A stretch of DNA of 64,000 bases, taken from IMG/VR virus record IMGVR_UViG_3300025647_000019, positions 1 through 64,000 of that record. One strand, written 5' to 3'. The DNA comes from a virus. The notes under the pieces were generated by a model that saw only the letters and a program-made list of their open reading frames with translations, was not told the DNA's origin and searched no databases. How positions within the stretch are numbered: position 1 is the first letter of the stretch; each line of letters opens with the position of its first letter. A program made the position numbers and the translations under genes. Shown in pieces: positions 1-10,142 of this stretch.

Positions 1-559
1 ACTGGTCTGGAGAGATTCGGCAAATGCATGGTCTGGTGAAACCTTATCATTGGTTACAGCACACTCTGGTTTAACTGATCTTCAAACAAGTCCAGAAGAA
101 AATACAGATCATGACGGAAGATATGTTCCAGTATTTTCAGCAGAAACTCCTGCATCCCCTACTCCATATTCTGGAATGTTGTGGTATGATACAGATGAAA
201 CTGCTCCAGCAACAATTGCAAAACAAAATCATAAAAAAATAATATATGTTTCAAATCCAGTTTCTGGAAATAGTTTCCCAGCATTGTCTGTTCCCTTTGA
301 TTGCACAATAACAAGAATAACCCATGTAGTTGATTCTGGAACTTGTGTATTTAATTTACAAGAAAGATCAGAAACAACACCTTGGGTAGCTGGAAACGAT
401 ATATTTACTAGTAGCGAATCTGCAACAACAACAATGTCTGCTTGCACATCTTTTGCAGACGCAACTTTATCAGCAAATACTTGGTTACATTTTTCAGCGA
501 GTTCGGTATCATCATCTCCAACTGGATTATGGATCGGGATAAACTTTACGGAGGATTAA
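1..559 (+). CDS. Tail fibre/RBP adaptor-like protein, 5' truncated by window edge; paralog of 2213..2890
   Basis: Frame open from nt 2 (LVWRDSANAWSGETLSLVTAHSGLTDLQ), matching the paralog; PASP..GMLWYDT motif; ends INFTED. Confidence 0.7.
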   Translation, partial: LVWRDSANAWSGETLSLVTAHSGLTDLQTSPEENTDHDGRYVPVFSAETPASPTPYSGMLWYDTDETAPATIAKQNHKKIIYVSNPVSGNSFPALSVPFDCTITRITHVVDSGTCVFNLQERSETTPWVAGNDIFTSSESATTTMSACTSFADATLSANTWLHFSASSVSSSPTGLWIGINFTED

Positions 560-563
560 AATA

Positions 564-785
564 ATGGCTTATACGACTAATACACAAAGTGCCGCATATC
601 AAAATTATCTTGAACAATTGCAAACCATTTATGGATTGATCAGAACTAATTATGCCCCAATTGTGAATAGAATGAATAAAGAGCAATTAATTCAGTTATA
701 TCAAAACGATCCAATTTTTAAAGAGGTTATTGATATGGCAAGACAAATAAATTCATTAGCAGATAAGATTGGAGTAGATTTATGA
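564..785 (+). CDS. Hypothetical 73 aa protein
   Basis: ORF with GGAGG RBS, tightly packed in the operon. Confidence 0.6.
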   Translation: MAYTTNTQSAAYQNYLEQLQTIYGLIRTNYAPIVNRMNKEQLIQLYQNDPIFKEVIDMARQINSLADKIGVDL

Positions 786-1174
786 TTTCAAATAAGAATT
801 TTTCAAGGAACCCAAATCCTGATGTTGGATCAGAAACCGAATTTGAAAGATGTAATTTTTCTCAGTCTGAGCCAGTCTTTGATGATCCTGATTGGGTTGG
901 AGTTCCAATTTTAACTGGTCAAGGACCATGCATATTTACAAATTGTAATTTGGTTAATTGCGAACCTCCTGCTGGAAGCATAATGATTAAATGCAATACA
1001 ACAATTAGACGAACTAAGGTTCAGACTGATTCGGATGTTTTAACACTTGATGGTGTTGATATCGTGACCCCAATTTATCACGATATAATTTATGGAAGAC
1101 AAACAGATGCTGGTGTGTATGAATATCATCCAACTCCAGTGGAGATTCCGAATAATGATATAGATGAGGTTTAG
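782..1174 (+). CDS. Hypothetical protein with Cys-containing beta-helix-like motifs
   Basis: ATGA-type overlap with previous gene; FERCNF and IFTNCNLVNC motifs. Confidence 0.55.
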   Translation: MISNKNFSRNPNPDVGSETEFERCNFSQSEPVFDDPDWVGVPILTGQGPCIFTNCNLVNCEPPAGSIMIKCNTTIRRTKVQTDSDVLTLDGVDIVTPIYHDIIYGRQTDAGVYEYHPTPVEIPNNDIDEV

Positions 1175-1176
1175 TA

Positions 1177-2205
1177 ATGGCGACAGTCTACGTTAACAAC
1201 CAAGCAACTGGGGGAGCAGATGACGGCAGTTCGGAAGCCGATGGGTTCCTGACCATTGATCAGGCAATGAATTGGGTAACTACTGCTGGCACTGGCCCGC
1301 ACAAGATTTGGGTCAAGGGTGGGACGGACTACACTGAAACCGTGACCATTGACACCGCTGGTTCGTCAAATGGCTGGATAGATGTCGAGGGCTACAGCTC
1401 AACCACGGGAGACGGCGGCAAGTTTACGATTGATGCAGAAAGCTCAAGACCAAATTGTTTAACCATTTCCGGCATCGGTCAAGCTTACTATCGAATAAGG
1501 AACGGAATTTTTGAGAGGGCCACGAACACAGGTGCTGGTTGCAACACACAGAGAATTTTATTTCAGGACTGCGAGGCCAACAATAACGCCGTGGGTGGGT
1601 TTTTCATTGGATATGACTCAGCAATTTACGCCTGTAGTGCAGATGGAAACGGGGGTCGGGGGTTTCAGACTGGCGGGGCGAGAGCATGGGTGGCGTTTTG
1701 CGTTGCGTCGAATAATGGTGATCACGGTTTTATGACAACGAACGTGCTGTTCTGCAAAATGTTGTCTAATGCTGGTTCTGGCAACTATATGGGTGGCGGC
1801 ATCTTTGTCAACAACACTATCGACGGCGATGCCCAGGATACGGATTTCGGAATCACATATGGTGGAATACCACCCGTTTTGATAGCGAACAATATTTTCT
1901 ACGATTGCACGACAGGAATTGATACCACCAATCCTGGTTCATACGAGGTCGTGATCCGCAACAATTTGCTCAACTCCAACACCACTGATTATAACACAAC
2001 CGTGCCTTCATCGGAGCAGGGCTACGACATCACTAGTGCCCCCGACTTCGTAGACGAAGTAAACGGAGACTACCGCCTGAACACAACCAGCCCCGCTCGC
2101 AACGCAGGAACTGATGCATCTGGAACATCTGGCAACGGCATGGATATCGGGGCACATCAATCAGAAGACGAAGGTTCAGGAACCAGAATAGTAATGGCAG
2201 GATAA
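1177..2205 (+). CDS. Right-handed parallel beta-helix protein, putative tail spike/receptor-binding protein 1
   Basis: N-terminal TVYV..G.DDGSS; xNxGxG and NNIF rungs; C-terminal DYRL...SPA.NAG...DIGA. Confidence 0.7.
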   Translation: MATVYVNNQATGGADDGSSEADGFLTIDQAMNWVTTAGTGPHKIWVKGGTDYTETVTIDTAGSSNGWIDVEGYSSTTGDGGKFTIDAESSRPNCLTISGIGQAYYRIRNGIFERATNTGAGCNTQRILFQDCEANNNAVGGFFIGYDSAIYACSADGNGGRGFQTGGARAWVAFCVASNNGDHGFMTTNVLFCKMLSNAGSGNYMGGGIFVNNTIDGDAQDTDFGITYGGIPPVLIANNIFYDCTTGIDTTNPGSYEVVIRNNLLNSNTTDYNTTVPSSEQGYDITSAPDFVDEVNGDYRLNTTSPARNAGTDASGTSGNGMDIGAHQSEDEGSGTRIVMAG

Positions 2206-2212
2206 GGAAAAT

Positions 2213-2890
2213 ATGGGTAATTTAAAAATATATAATGGTTCAGAATGGGTTAATATAGCGGCGGCACATACTCATGATCCTTCCGTCACTGGAAGCATCC
2301 TATCTGGCGGTTCAACAGACGGTCAAGTTCTGGTTTGGAGAGATTCTGCCAACGCTTGGAGTGGGGAAACACTTAATCTTGTAACATCTCACTCTGGTCT
2401 GACAGATTTACAATCAAACCCAGAAGAAAATTCAGACCATGATAATCGATATTTAGCCGCTGTTCAATCTGGTACTCCCACACTTCCAGCTTCACCAGTC
2501 ACTGGTCAATTATGGTATGATACAGATGCAGTTGCAACTGGATCTTCAATAAAACAAACTCATAAAAAAATGTTATATGTAACAAGTCCGGTTGCAGGGG
2601 ATGAATTTCCTCTGATGACAGTTCCATTCAATTGTACAATAACAAGAATTTCATATATGGTGGATACTGGAACATGTGTTTTCAATTTAGAGGAAAGACC
2701 TGAATCTGCTCCATTCACAACTGGAACAAATATATTCGGAAGTGATGAGACTGCATATTCTGCTGTTTCAGCAACAACAACATTCAGTAATGCCACATTA
2801 GATGAAAATGATTGGCTTTACTATTCAGGGGTTTCAGTTTCAGGAACTCCAACAAAATTAGTAATTGGCGTAACTTTTACAGAGGATTGA
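2213..2890 (+). CDS. Tail fibre/RBP adaptor-like protein 2
   Basis: N-terminal GNLKIYNGSEWV; GQVLVW and GQLWYDT fibre motifs; paralogous to 1..559. Confidence 0.7.
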   Translation: MGNLKIYNGSEWVNIAAAHTHDPSVTGSILSGGSTDGQVLVWRDSANAWSGETLNLVTSHSGLTDLQSNPEENSDHDNRYLAAVQSGTPTLPASPVTGQLWYDTDAVATGSSIKQTHKKMLYVTSPVAGDEFPLMTVPFNCTITRISYMVDTGTCVFNLEERPESAPFTTGTNIFGSDETAYSAVSATTTFSNATLDENDWLYYSGVSVSGTPTKLVIGVTFTED

Positions 2891-2895
2891 TATAA

Positions 2896-3939
2896 ATGGC
2901 AACTTATTATGTGGACAATGTAACTGGTGACGATGGAAATAGTGGAACTGGAACCACTGAAGCTTGGGCAACAATTTCTCATGCCGCAAGTGGTCTTTCT
3001 ACTGGCGATCATGTTTACATTAAGGGTGGAACAGATTATGATGAAACTGTAAATGTCAGTGCATATGGGGATTCCAATGCATATAATATTTGGGAGGGAT
3101 ATACAACAACTCCAGGTGATAATGGAAAATTTGTAATACAAGGGTCTGCATATACAAATTGTCTAACATATTCGACAACTTCTAATATTAGAACCACATT
3201 TAGAAATATGGTTTTAAAAGGTGCCCAAGATCACGGTTTAACCATGACAACTGCTTGGGCCCAATCTCGTATGTCTTTTGAAAATTGTGATTTTATTGAT
3301 AATGGAAATTATGGTGTAAGTTCAATAAATAATAATATTGCATTTATTGGATGTAGTTTTACGGGAAATACTGGCGATGGGGTTAGAGTAAATGAAGGTT
3401 ATTTTGTAAGATGCAAATCTCAAAATAATGGTGGACATGGATTTTATTGCGGCCGAGGATCTATTGAATACTGTATTTCAGTTGGGGATTTATATGCAAT
3501 GTACAATGGTAATGGTCCAATAACAAATTGTACGATAGATGGAGTTGATGGGACCACATATTATGGATTACAAATTGCACCTGATGCTGTTTGTATTGGA
3601 TTAAATAATAATGTTTATGGTTGTGATTGGGGAGTGTATAATAATACCTATAATTCGTCATATATTATTCCAATTAATTATGTTGAAGGAAATAACATTA
3701 ATGATTCAATAGTTAGCGGATATTCAAATATATTGCAAAGATATAAAGATTTAAATGTTGACGTTGCTCCAGGATTTACCGATGAAGTTGGTGGAGATTA
3801 TACTTTAGCTTCGGATAGTGAATGTATAAATGCAGGAGTTGATTTTGGTGGATCTGGATCCACAGTTGGAACAGACATCGGAGCGTATCAATCTCAAGAT
3901 GAAGGATCTGGACCTTCTCAAATAATTATAACTGGATAG
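2896..3939 (+). CDS. Right-handed parallel beta-helix protein, putative RBP 2 (paralog of 1177..2205)
   Basis: ATYYVD..TGDDGNSG; IKGGTDY.ETV; DYTL...S.CINAG...DIGAYQSQDEGSG. Confidence 0.7.
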   Translation: MATYYVDNVTGDDGNSGTGTTEAWATISHAASGLSTGDHVYIKGGTDYDETVNVSAYGDSNAYNIWEGYTTTPGDNGKFVIQGSAYTNCLTYSTTSNIRTTFRNMVLKGAQDHGLTMTTAWAQSRMSFENCDFIDNGNYGVSSINNNIAFIGCSFTGNTGDGVRVNEGYFVRCKSQNNGGHGFYCGRGSIEYCISVGDLYAMYNGNGPITNCTIDGVDGTTYYGLQIAPDAVCIGLNNNVYGCDWGVYNNTYNSSYIIPINYVEGNNINDSIVSGYSNILQRYKDLNVDVAPGFTDEVGGDYTLASDSECINAGVDFGGSGSTVGTDIGAYQSQDEGSGPSQIIITG

Positions 3940-3949
3940 GAGAAATCTT

Positions 3950-4366
3950 TTGGGTGTTTTAAAAATATATGATGGTTCAAATTGGGTTGAAGCTTTACCT
4001 TCAACTGTTGGTTTATCCCAATCTATAACTTGGGATACAAAAGCTACAACTTTAAGAGCAACCAGATCTGATGAAAATGTGACCCTTTATTATAATCCAG
4101 TTGTTATGACTGCTGTGAGTGCCCATACGGTTTGTGTTGGAACTTCTCCTTCTGTTACTTGGGAATTGAGATATGGAACTGATAGATCTGATTATACTGG
4201 AGGAACATTATTAGTAAGTGGAACATCAACAAGTACAACTTCAATTGAACACACAGACATTTCAACTTCTCTTCCCGCTGGCAATATGGTTTGGTTAACA
4301 ACAACTGCAACAGGTGGAACCTCTGTTGATGAATTTCATTTCACAATGAGTTATAGCGGAGTTTAA
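3950..4366 (+). CDS. Short adaptor-like protein 3
   Basis: TTG start after AGGAG; N-terminal GVLKIYDGSNWV; C-terminal beta domain weakly similar to adaptors 1 and 2. Confidence 0.6.
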   Translation: MGVLKIYDGSNWVEALPSTVGLSQSITWDTKATTLRATRSDENVTLYYNPVVMTAVSAHTVCVGTSPSVTWELRYGTDRSDYTGGTLLVSGTSTSTTSIEHTDISTSLPAGNMVWLTTTATGGTSVDEFHFTMSYSGV

Positions 4367-4369
4367 TAA

Positions 4370-7300
4370 ATGGCAACAGCAATATCTAATTGGGTTGAAT
4401 TAGCATCAATAAGTGGAAATTTAACTGAAGATTATTATCTTGTTAATGATCTTGATTCTTCTACATCTGGATATTCTGGTATAGGGGATAATTGGCAACC
4501 AATAAGTGGAGCTTTTGGTGGAAGTTTAAATGGATCTGGATATAGTATTTCAGATTTAATTATGACAGGATCTTCAGAAGATCAAAATGGTTTATTTAAA
4601 TATATAAATGGTGGAACAGTTCAAAATTTAGCCATTTTAGATATTAGTCTCCTTTCAACGCACAGTAGAACTGGGGCTATTGCTGGTATAACAAGTTCTT
4701 CTTCAATAATTGAAAATTGTTATGTGACTGGAAAGCTATCAGGTTATACTGAAACTGGTGGTGTTGTTGGATTTGTATGGCAGGGGACAAAAATTTCAAA
4801 TTGCTATTCTAGTGTTGATGTTTTTGGGAGAAATGAATCTGGTAGTGTTGGTGGATTTGTTGGAAATATATCAAATGTAACTGGAAATCAGATCTTTAAT
4901 TGTTTTTGTATTGGTTCTGTTGATGCAACATATGCTCATGGAGGATTTGCTGGTCAAATTGGTGGAGAAAATGTAGAAATATCTGGTTGTGGCTGGTATA
5001 ATTTTTCTGGAAATCCAGATTATGCAATTGGAACTGATACTGGATATACTCTTGATTATGAAGAATCAGATGCATCTGTTTTTTATACACACAATCATCC
5101 AGTTTATACTGGATGGTCATTCACTGGTTCTTCTCCAACTTGGTTTGAAATTTCAGGTTCAACTCCTGTTCTTGCTTCTGATTCTGGATCTGCAATTTGG
5201 AACATTTATAATTGGACTGATCTCGCTGATATAAGTAATAAATTAGATTATACATGTGTTTTACAAAACAATATTTCTTCAGCAACAACTGATTATGTTG
5301 GACTTGGAGATAGCTGGGTTCCAATTTATAATGGAACATCTTATTTTTCAGGAGTATTCAGTGGACAAGGATACACAATTTCAAATTTACGATCAACTTG
5401 GGATTCTGGTTATGGATATTTTGGATTCTTTAGACAATTAGATGGTGCAACAATTGAAAAGGTTGGATTTGAAGATGTTATATTTACTCCAATCCATGCT
5501 CAAGGTGTTGGAGTAGTTGCTGGATATATGGGGACAGATACTACTATTTCAAATTGTTATTGTGAAGGATCATTAACTGGAATGTCATATGCTGGTGGTA
5601 TTGTTGGAACAATTGTTTCATATACAAATTTTATTAATTCATATGCAAATGTAAATGTTCATACAACAACTTCAAATTCCGCTGGATTAATTGGAAGAAT
5701 GCCTGGAAATTATAATGAAATTATTAATTGTTTTGCGGCTGGAGATGCAACATCAGTTGGACAATCAGGTGGACTTATTTCAGAAGGTGGAAACCCTGGA
5801 ACAAATAATATTGAAAATTGTGGATGGTATTCATCAAGTACAACAGAAGCAATTTATGCATGGGCTAATTTGTCGGGAAGTGTAACATATGAAACAACAG
5901 ATATCTCAGATTTCTATTCTCATAATTATGGAGTTTATACTGGTTGGACATTTACTGGCTCAAGTCCAATATGGTTTGAACATGTAGATTCTCTTCCTAC
6001 ATTCGAAACATCTAATTACTGGACCATTTGGAATTGGACAGATATGCAAGATATGAACAATAAACTTTCATACAGTGGATATCTTCAAAACGATTTATCT
6101 TCTGCAACAACTGATTATTCCGGTATTGGAGATGATTGGGAAGCAATAGGTCATACAAATTCTCCAACATATTTTACTGGATATTTTAATGGACAAAATA
6201 ATTCTATTAGAGATTTGGTGTGTTATATGGGTGCGTCAAGGTGGGGATTTTTTGGATCAATTGATACTGGAGCATATGTAGAAAATCTAGCTATTAAGGA
6301 TTCATATTATAGAGATTCAATCGGATTGCAATATTTTGGAATATTTGTTGGAAGATTGGCTGGAGCAGTTAAAAATTGCTATACTCAAAACATACACATT
6401 AAAGGTTATACCAGAGTAGGTGGTTTTGCTGGATACTGTACTGGCACTGCTGATGCTGAAAATTGTTATTCCGATTGTCTTGTATTATCAGATGGGTATT
6501 CTGTTGGTGGATTTGCTGGATATATATCAAATGGAACAAATATTACAAATTGTTTTTCAACAAGTGAAGTTTTAATAACTGGTGGATCTGGAATAAATTT
6601 CGGTGGATTTGCTGGTGAAGATTTTGGTGGCGTTATAACAAATTGTGGTTGGTACTCTTCAACAACAACTGATGCTATATATGCAATTGGAAATACTTCT
6701 GGATCCGTAACCTATGAGACAACAGACAATACTGATTTTTATACTCACAATTATGAATTTTATACTGGTTGGACATTTACTGGTTCTTCTCCTGTATGGT
6801 ATGAAACACAAAATAATTTGCCAACACTTCAATCTTCTTTATATTGGACAGTTCATAATTGGACAGATTTAACAGAACTTGAAAACAAATTGTCATATAG
6901 TGCATACCTTCAAAATAATATTTCATCAGCAACAACTGATTATGTTGGTATAGGAGATGATTTTACTCCAATAGGAAGATCCGATCCATATTTTAATGGT
7001 GTATTTGATGGAGAAGGAAATAGTATTTCTGATATAATAATCAATTATAATTCAAGTGATGTTGGGTTAATTGGAAGAATTATTGGTGGTACAGTTAAAC
7101 ATCTTGGAATAAAAAATATTGATATAACTCAAACATCAAATTCAGACGGTAGAGTTGGTGGCCTAGCTGGTGGTGCTGGTGGATCTTCAACTGTTGAAAA
7201 TTGTTTTATTGAAGGACAAATTGATGCATATGGAAATGCAGTTGGAGGGTTAATTGGTCAAGCATCTTATACAGATGGAGTAACAATTAATAACTGTTAT

Positions 7301-8632
7301 ACAAATGTTAATATTTTAAATGGTGCAACTGGAATTGGTGGAGTTATTGGAATTGTTGGATCATCTGATGTTTCAGTTAATAATACATATACAGTTGGTG
7401 CTGTTACTGGAACAACCCATGTTGGAGCATTTATAGGATTAAGAAATGCATTTGCATCATATTCAAATTGTGGATGGTATAACTTTTCTGGAAATCCAGA
7501 CAGTGGTTTTGGTTCGGCACCAACCGATGATTCAGTAGATACTTGGTCTTCAAATACATTATCAGATTTCTATCCACATAATTACGGGGTTTATTCAGCT
7601 TGGACATTTACAGGTTCTTCTCCTGTATGGTATGAATCATTAACAGCACTCCCAACCCTTACACCATCTACAAATTGGTACATTTATAATTGGACGGACC
7701 TTCAAGATTTAAACAATAAATTATCATATAGTGCTTACTTACAAAACAATATTTCTTCAGCTACAACTGATTATGTTGGTATAGGAGATGATTTTACTCC
7801 AATAGGAGGACTTGACCATGGGCTTTTTTTAGGAATATTCAATGGTAACGATTATACTGTTTCTGATTTAATTATCAATTCAACTTCTGACAGGGTAGGG
7901 TTAATTGGTCAAACCAATGAAACTATTTCTAATGTTGGACTCATTAACCCGAATATCACCACAACAAGTGGAAGATATTGTGGAGGAATTGTTGGATATA
8001 TCGGCACTGGAGGGTATGTTACAAAATGTTTTGTTTCGGGGGGATCAATTACGGCAAACCAGGGTACTGTCGGGGGAATTGCAGGAACAAATTATTCTTC
8101 TTTAAGAATTGATAATTGTTATGCTGATTGTATTGTGAGAGGCCCGGCTAGTGTTGGGGGAATTGTAGGGACTGCTGGGGAATTGCGAAATTGCTATTTT
8201 GCTGGGACTGTACAAAGAACATGGGGTAGTAATTCAACATTTGGGGGAATAGTTGGTACATTAAATTATAACAATATGTATAACTGTTTTTCGGTTGGAG
8301 ATATTGATGGTGGGAGTTATCCAGATCGATGTGGTGGAATTGCTGGAACATTTGTAGGAGCATCATTTATACACTGTGGTTGGTATTCTAGTTCTACAAC
8401 AGATGCTGTTTATGCATTAGGTTCAAGTTCAGGATCCGTAACCTACGAAACAACAACTGAATCCGACTTTTATGATTCAGGATATGGACCTTATACTGGA
8501 GGATCGTACACATGGGATTTCTCAACTCCAATTTGGTATGAATGGACAAACGATCTTCCAAAGTTTACAGAACAAGGAATTATTACAGGGCCGATATATT
8601 TAGAATATGCAAGGATATTAACAATTTCATAA
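4370..8632 (+). CDS. 1420 aa GLUG-motif beta-helix repeat protein (five ~280 aa units), putative adhesin/RBP
   Basis: Many GGxxG...I.NCY motifs; five units starting xNWxDL...NKL. Confidence 0.75.
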   Translation: MATAISNWVELASISGNLTEDYYLVNDLDSSTSGYSGIGDNWQPISGAFGGSLNGSGYSISDLIMTGSSEDQNGLFKYINGGTVQNLAILDISLLSTHSRTGAIAGITSSSSIIENCYVTGKLSGYTETGGVVGFVWQGTKISNCYSSVDVFGRNESGSVGGFVGNISNVTGNQIFNCFCIGSVDATYAHGGFAGQIGGENVEISGCGWYNFSGNPDYAIGTDTGYTLDYEESDASVFYTHNHPVYTGWSFTGSSPTWFEISGSTPVLASDSGSAIWNIYNWTDLADISNKLDYTCVLQNNISSATTDYVGLGDSWVPIYNGTSYFSGVFSGQGYTISNLRSTWDSGYGYFGFFRQLDGATIEKVGFEDVIFTPIHAQGVGVVAGYMGTDTTISNCYCEGSLTGMSYAGGIVGTIVSYTNFINSYANVNVHTTTSNSAGLIGRMPGNYNEIINCFAAGDATSVGQSGGLISEGGNPGTNNIENCGWYSSSTTEAIYAWANLSGSVTYETTDISDFYSHNYGVYTGWTFTGSSPIWFEHVDSLPTFETSNYWTIWNWTDMQDMNNKLSYSGYLQNDLSSATTDYSGIGDDWEAIGHTNSPTYFTGYFNGQNNSIRDLVCYMGASRWGFFGSIDTGAYVENLAIKDSYYRDSIGLQYFGIFVGRLAGAVKNCYTQNIHIKGYTRVGGFAGYCTGTADAENCYSDCLVLSDGYSVGGFAGYISNGTNITNCFSTSEVLITGGSGINFGGFAGEDFGGVITNCGWYSSTTTDAIYAIGNTSGSVTYETTDNTDFYTHNYEFYTGWTFTGSSPVWYETQNNLPTLQSSLYWTVHNWTDLTELENKLSYSAYLQNNISSATTDYVGIGDDFTPIGRSDPYFNGVFDGEGNSISDIIINYNSSDVGLIGRIIGGTVKHLGIKNIDITQTSNSDGRVGGLAGGAGGSSTVENCFIEGQIDAYGNAVGGLIGQASYTDGVTINNCYTNVNILNGATGIGGVIGIVGSSDVSVNNTYTVGAVTGTTHVGAFIGLRNAFASYSNCGWYNFSGNPDSGFGSAPTDDSVDTWSSNTLSDFYPHNYGVYSAWTFTGSSPVWYESLTALPTLTPSTNWYIYNWTDLQDLNNKLSYSAYLQNNISSATTDYVGIGDDFTPIGGLDHGLFLGIFNGNDYTVSDLIINSTSDRVGLIGQTNETISNVGLINPNITTTSGRYCGGIVGYIGTGGYVTKCFVSGGSITANQGTVGGIAGTNYSSLRIDNCYADCIVRGPASVGGIVGTAGELRNCYFAGTVQRTWGSNSTFGGIVGTLNYNNMYNCFSVGDIDGGSYPDRCGGIAGTFVGASFIHCGWYSSSTTDAVYALGSSSGSVTYETTTESDFYDSGYGPYTGGSYTWDFSTPIWYEWTNDLPKFTEQGIITGPIYLEYARILTIS
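6932..7807 (+). repeat. 45 bp identical direct repeat (6932..6976 and 7763..7807) in GLUG unit junctions
   Basis: acaactgattatgttggtataggagatgattttactccaatagga occurs twice. Confidence 0.9.
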
Positions 8633-8642
8633 AGGAGAAAAA

Positions 8643-9116
8643 ATGAATTTAGTAGCTTACTTTACATCTGGTGGAACTCCAGCAACTGGACTTTCACCAA
8701 CCATTTCTATTTGGGGAGTTGATGGAACTTCTTATGGAAGTGGTTTATCAATGTCTGAAGTTGCTGGTGGTTTTTATAATTACAATTACACTGGTTACGA
8801 TTATACCGTTGATTATGTTTTCAGAGCATATGAATCTTCACTACCAACAGCAGAACAATATGTTGTTGCGACAAACGAAGCAGATTCAATGAACACACAA
8901 GGAATAACAAAACAAATCCTTGGATTGAGCCAAGGAAACTTCGTTATGAAAAATCAAACATATGATGCAAATGGAAGACTTTTGACTTCAAATATGTATA
9001 CATATGAGAATGCGGCTGATGCTAATTCTGAAACAAATCCAATTCATTCATATTATATAGTTTCAACATATGATGTGAATGGAAACTTGACAAATTATAA
9101 AGTTACAGAAATCTAA
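8643..9116 (+). CDS. Hypothetical, probable virion protein
   Basis: AAGGAG RBS; context at the end of the fibre module. Confidence 0.55.
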   Translation: MNLVAYFTSGGTPATGLSPTISIWGVDGTSYGSGLSMSEVAGGFYNYNYTGYDYTVDYVFRAYESSLPTAEQYVVATNEADSMNTQGITKQILGLSQGNFVMKNQTYDANGRLLTSNMYTYENAADANSETNPIHSYYIVSTYDVNGNLTNYKVTEI

Positions 9117-9118
9117 TC

Positions 9119-9676
9119 ATGGCTTTAAATCCACATGCAGTTAATCTTGCGACAAAAGGAAGATTAGGAGTTGCAACTGTAACTGCTACTCGTGGAATTA
9201 TACCAGAAGTAGATCCAACAAATCCAGATAGAAATTTTTGCGATTATCCACATGCTGTTAATGTGGCAACCAAAGGTAATTTGTCCGATGCTCATATAAC
9301 TGGTGTTAAGGGTAAGATTCCAAAGATTTGCGACCTTACGCCTCCAATTCCAGGATATTGTGATTATCCTCACGCAGTTAAATTGGCAACAATGGGAAGA
9401 CTTGGCGCAACGGTTGGAACTGCAACAAGAGGTCGAGTATTAAGAATCTGTATTGAAGAATTCCCAGTAAGAACCACTGGGCCTGGAAGGCGTGGGTTCA
9501 GAAAAGAAGAAGAGAAAAAGAAATGTATTCGAATTACAGTATTTGCTTATGGTGAAAAGTTTGTATCTGAACATTGTGTTGAAAAGGATAGAATCGTTAA
9601 AGCTTCAGATGTTGAAGTCAGAGATATTGGAAATAAAAAGATTTCCATAAAATTAAAAGGAATTAAAAAATCATGA
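9119..9676 (+). CDS. Hypothetical protein with three PHAVxxATxG repeats
   Basis: Repeats visible in translation. Confidence 0.55.
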   Translation: MALNPHAVNLATKGRLGVATVTATRGIIPEVDPTNPDRNFCDYPHAVNVATKGNLSDAHITGVKGKIPKICDLTPPIPGYCDYPHAVKLATMGRLGATVGTATRGRVLRICIEEFPVRTTGPGRRGFRKEEEKKKCIRITVFAYGEKFVSEHCVEKDRIVKASDVEVRDIGNKKISIKLKGIKKS

Positions 9677-10104
9677 GAGAAGCTATAAAAGTGGCGTTGA
9701 TTAGTGCAATTGTATTTCTGATAGTTTCAGTTTTCGCAAACTGCTACGCACAATCATATGATATGGATCCAGAATATTATTTAAAAAATGAAAAACACTC
9801 TGGAAATTTCATTGCCTTTTCCAATATGGATTTGTGTGGAACATCATTGGGAAAGTTTTGTAATTTTAGTTTTCCAAACGAAGACCATAGGTCACATGAC
9901 CACACCTTTGTCATAAATGATCATGACCTAACCATTTATTGCTTTCAAAGAGACTTCGACAATGTTCTCAGATTGGTAAGTAGGCGTTATGGATTTTTCG
10001 ATGATTCATTTAATTACATAATAATTGAAGGAAAGGTTTACACAAAAGTAGAAGATAAAACATCCTTTCCAGGATGTCCAGTTCCATTGGGCTCAAAAAA
10101 ATAA
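9673..10104 (+). CDS. Secreted hypothetical protein
   Basis: Hydrophobic N-terminus ending ANCYA/Q. Confidence 0.55.
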   Translation: MREAIKVALISAIVFLIVSVFANCYAQSYDMDPEYYLKNEKHSGNFIAFSNMDLCGTSLGKFCNFSFPNEDHRSHDHTFVINDHDLTIYCFQRDFDNVLRLVSRRYGFFDDSFNYIIIEGKVYTKVEDKTSFPGCPVPLGSKK

Positions 10105-10110
10105 AAATTC

Positions 10111-10142
10111 TTGACACTCATTTTATTTTGGTGTATATTTAT
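10111..10142 (+). promoter_or_regulatory. Sigma70-like promoter of hsp20, overlapping an ATATTTAT motif
   Basis: TTGACA 10111-16, 17 nt spacer, TATATT 10134-39. Confidence 0.65.

Noticed and set aside
1-8632. Diversity-generating retroelement acting on RBPs
   Set aside because: No reverse transcriptase in the window; repeats lie within coding paralogs and differ mostly at synonymous positions, not specifically at adenines.
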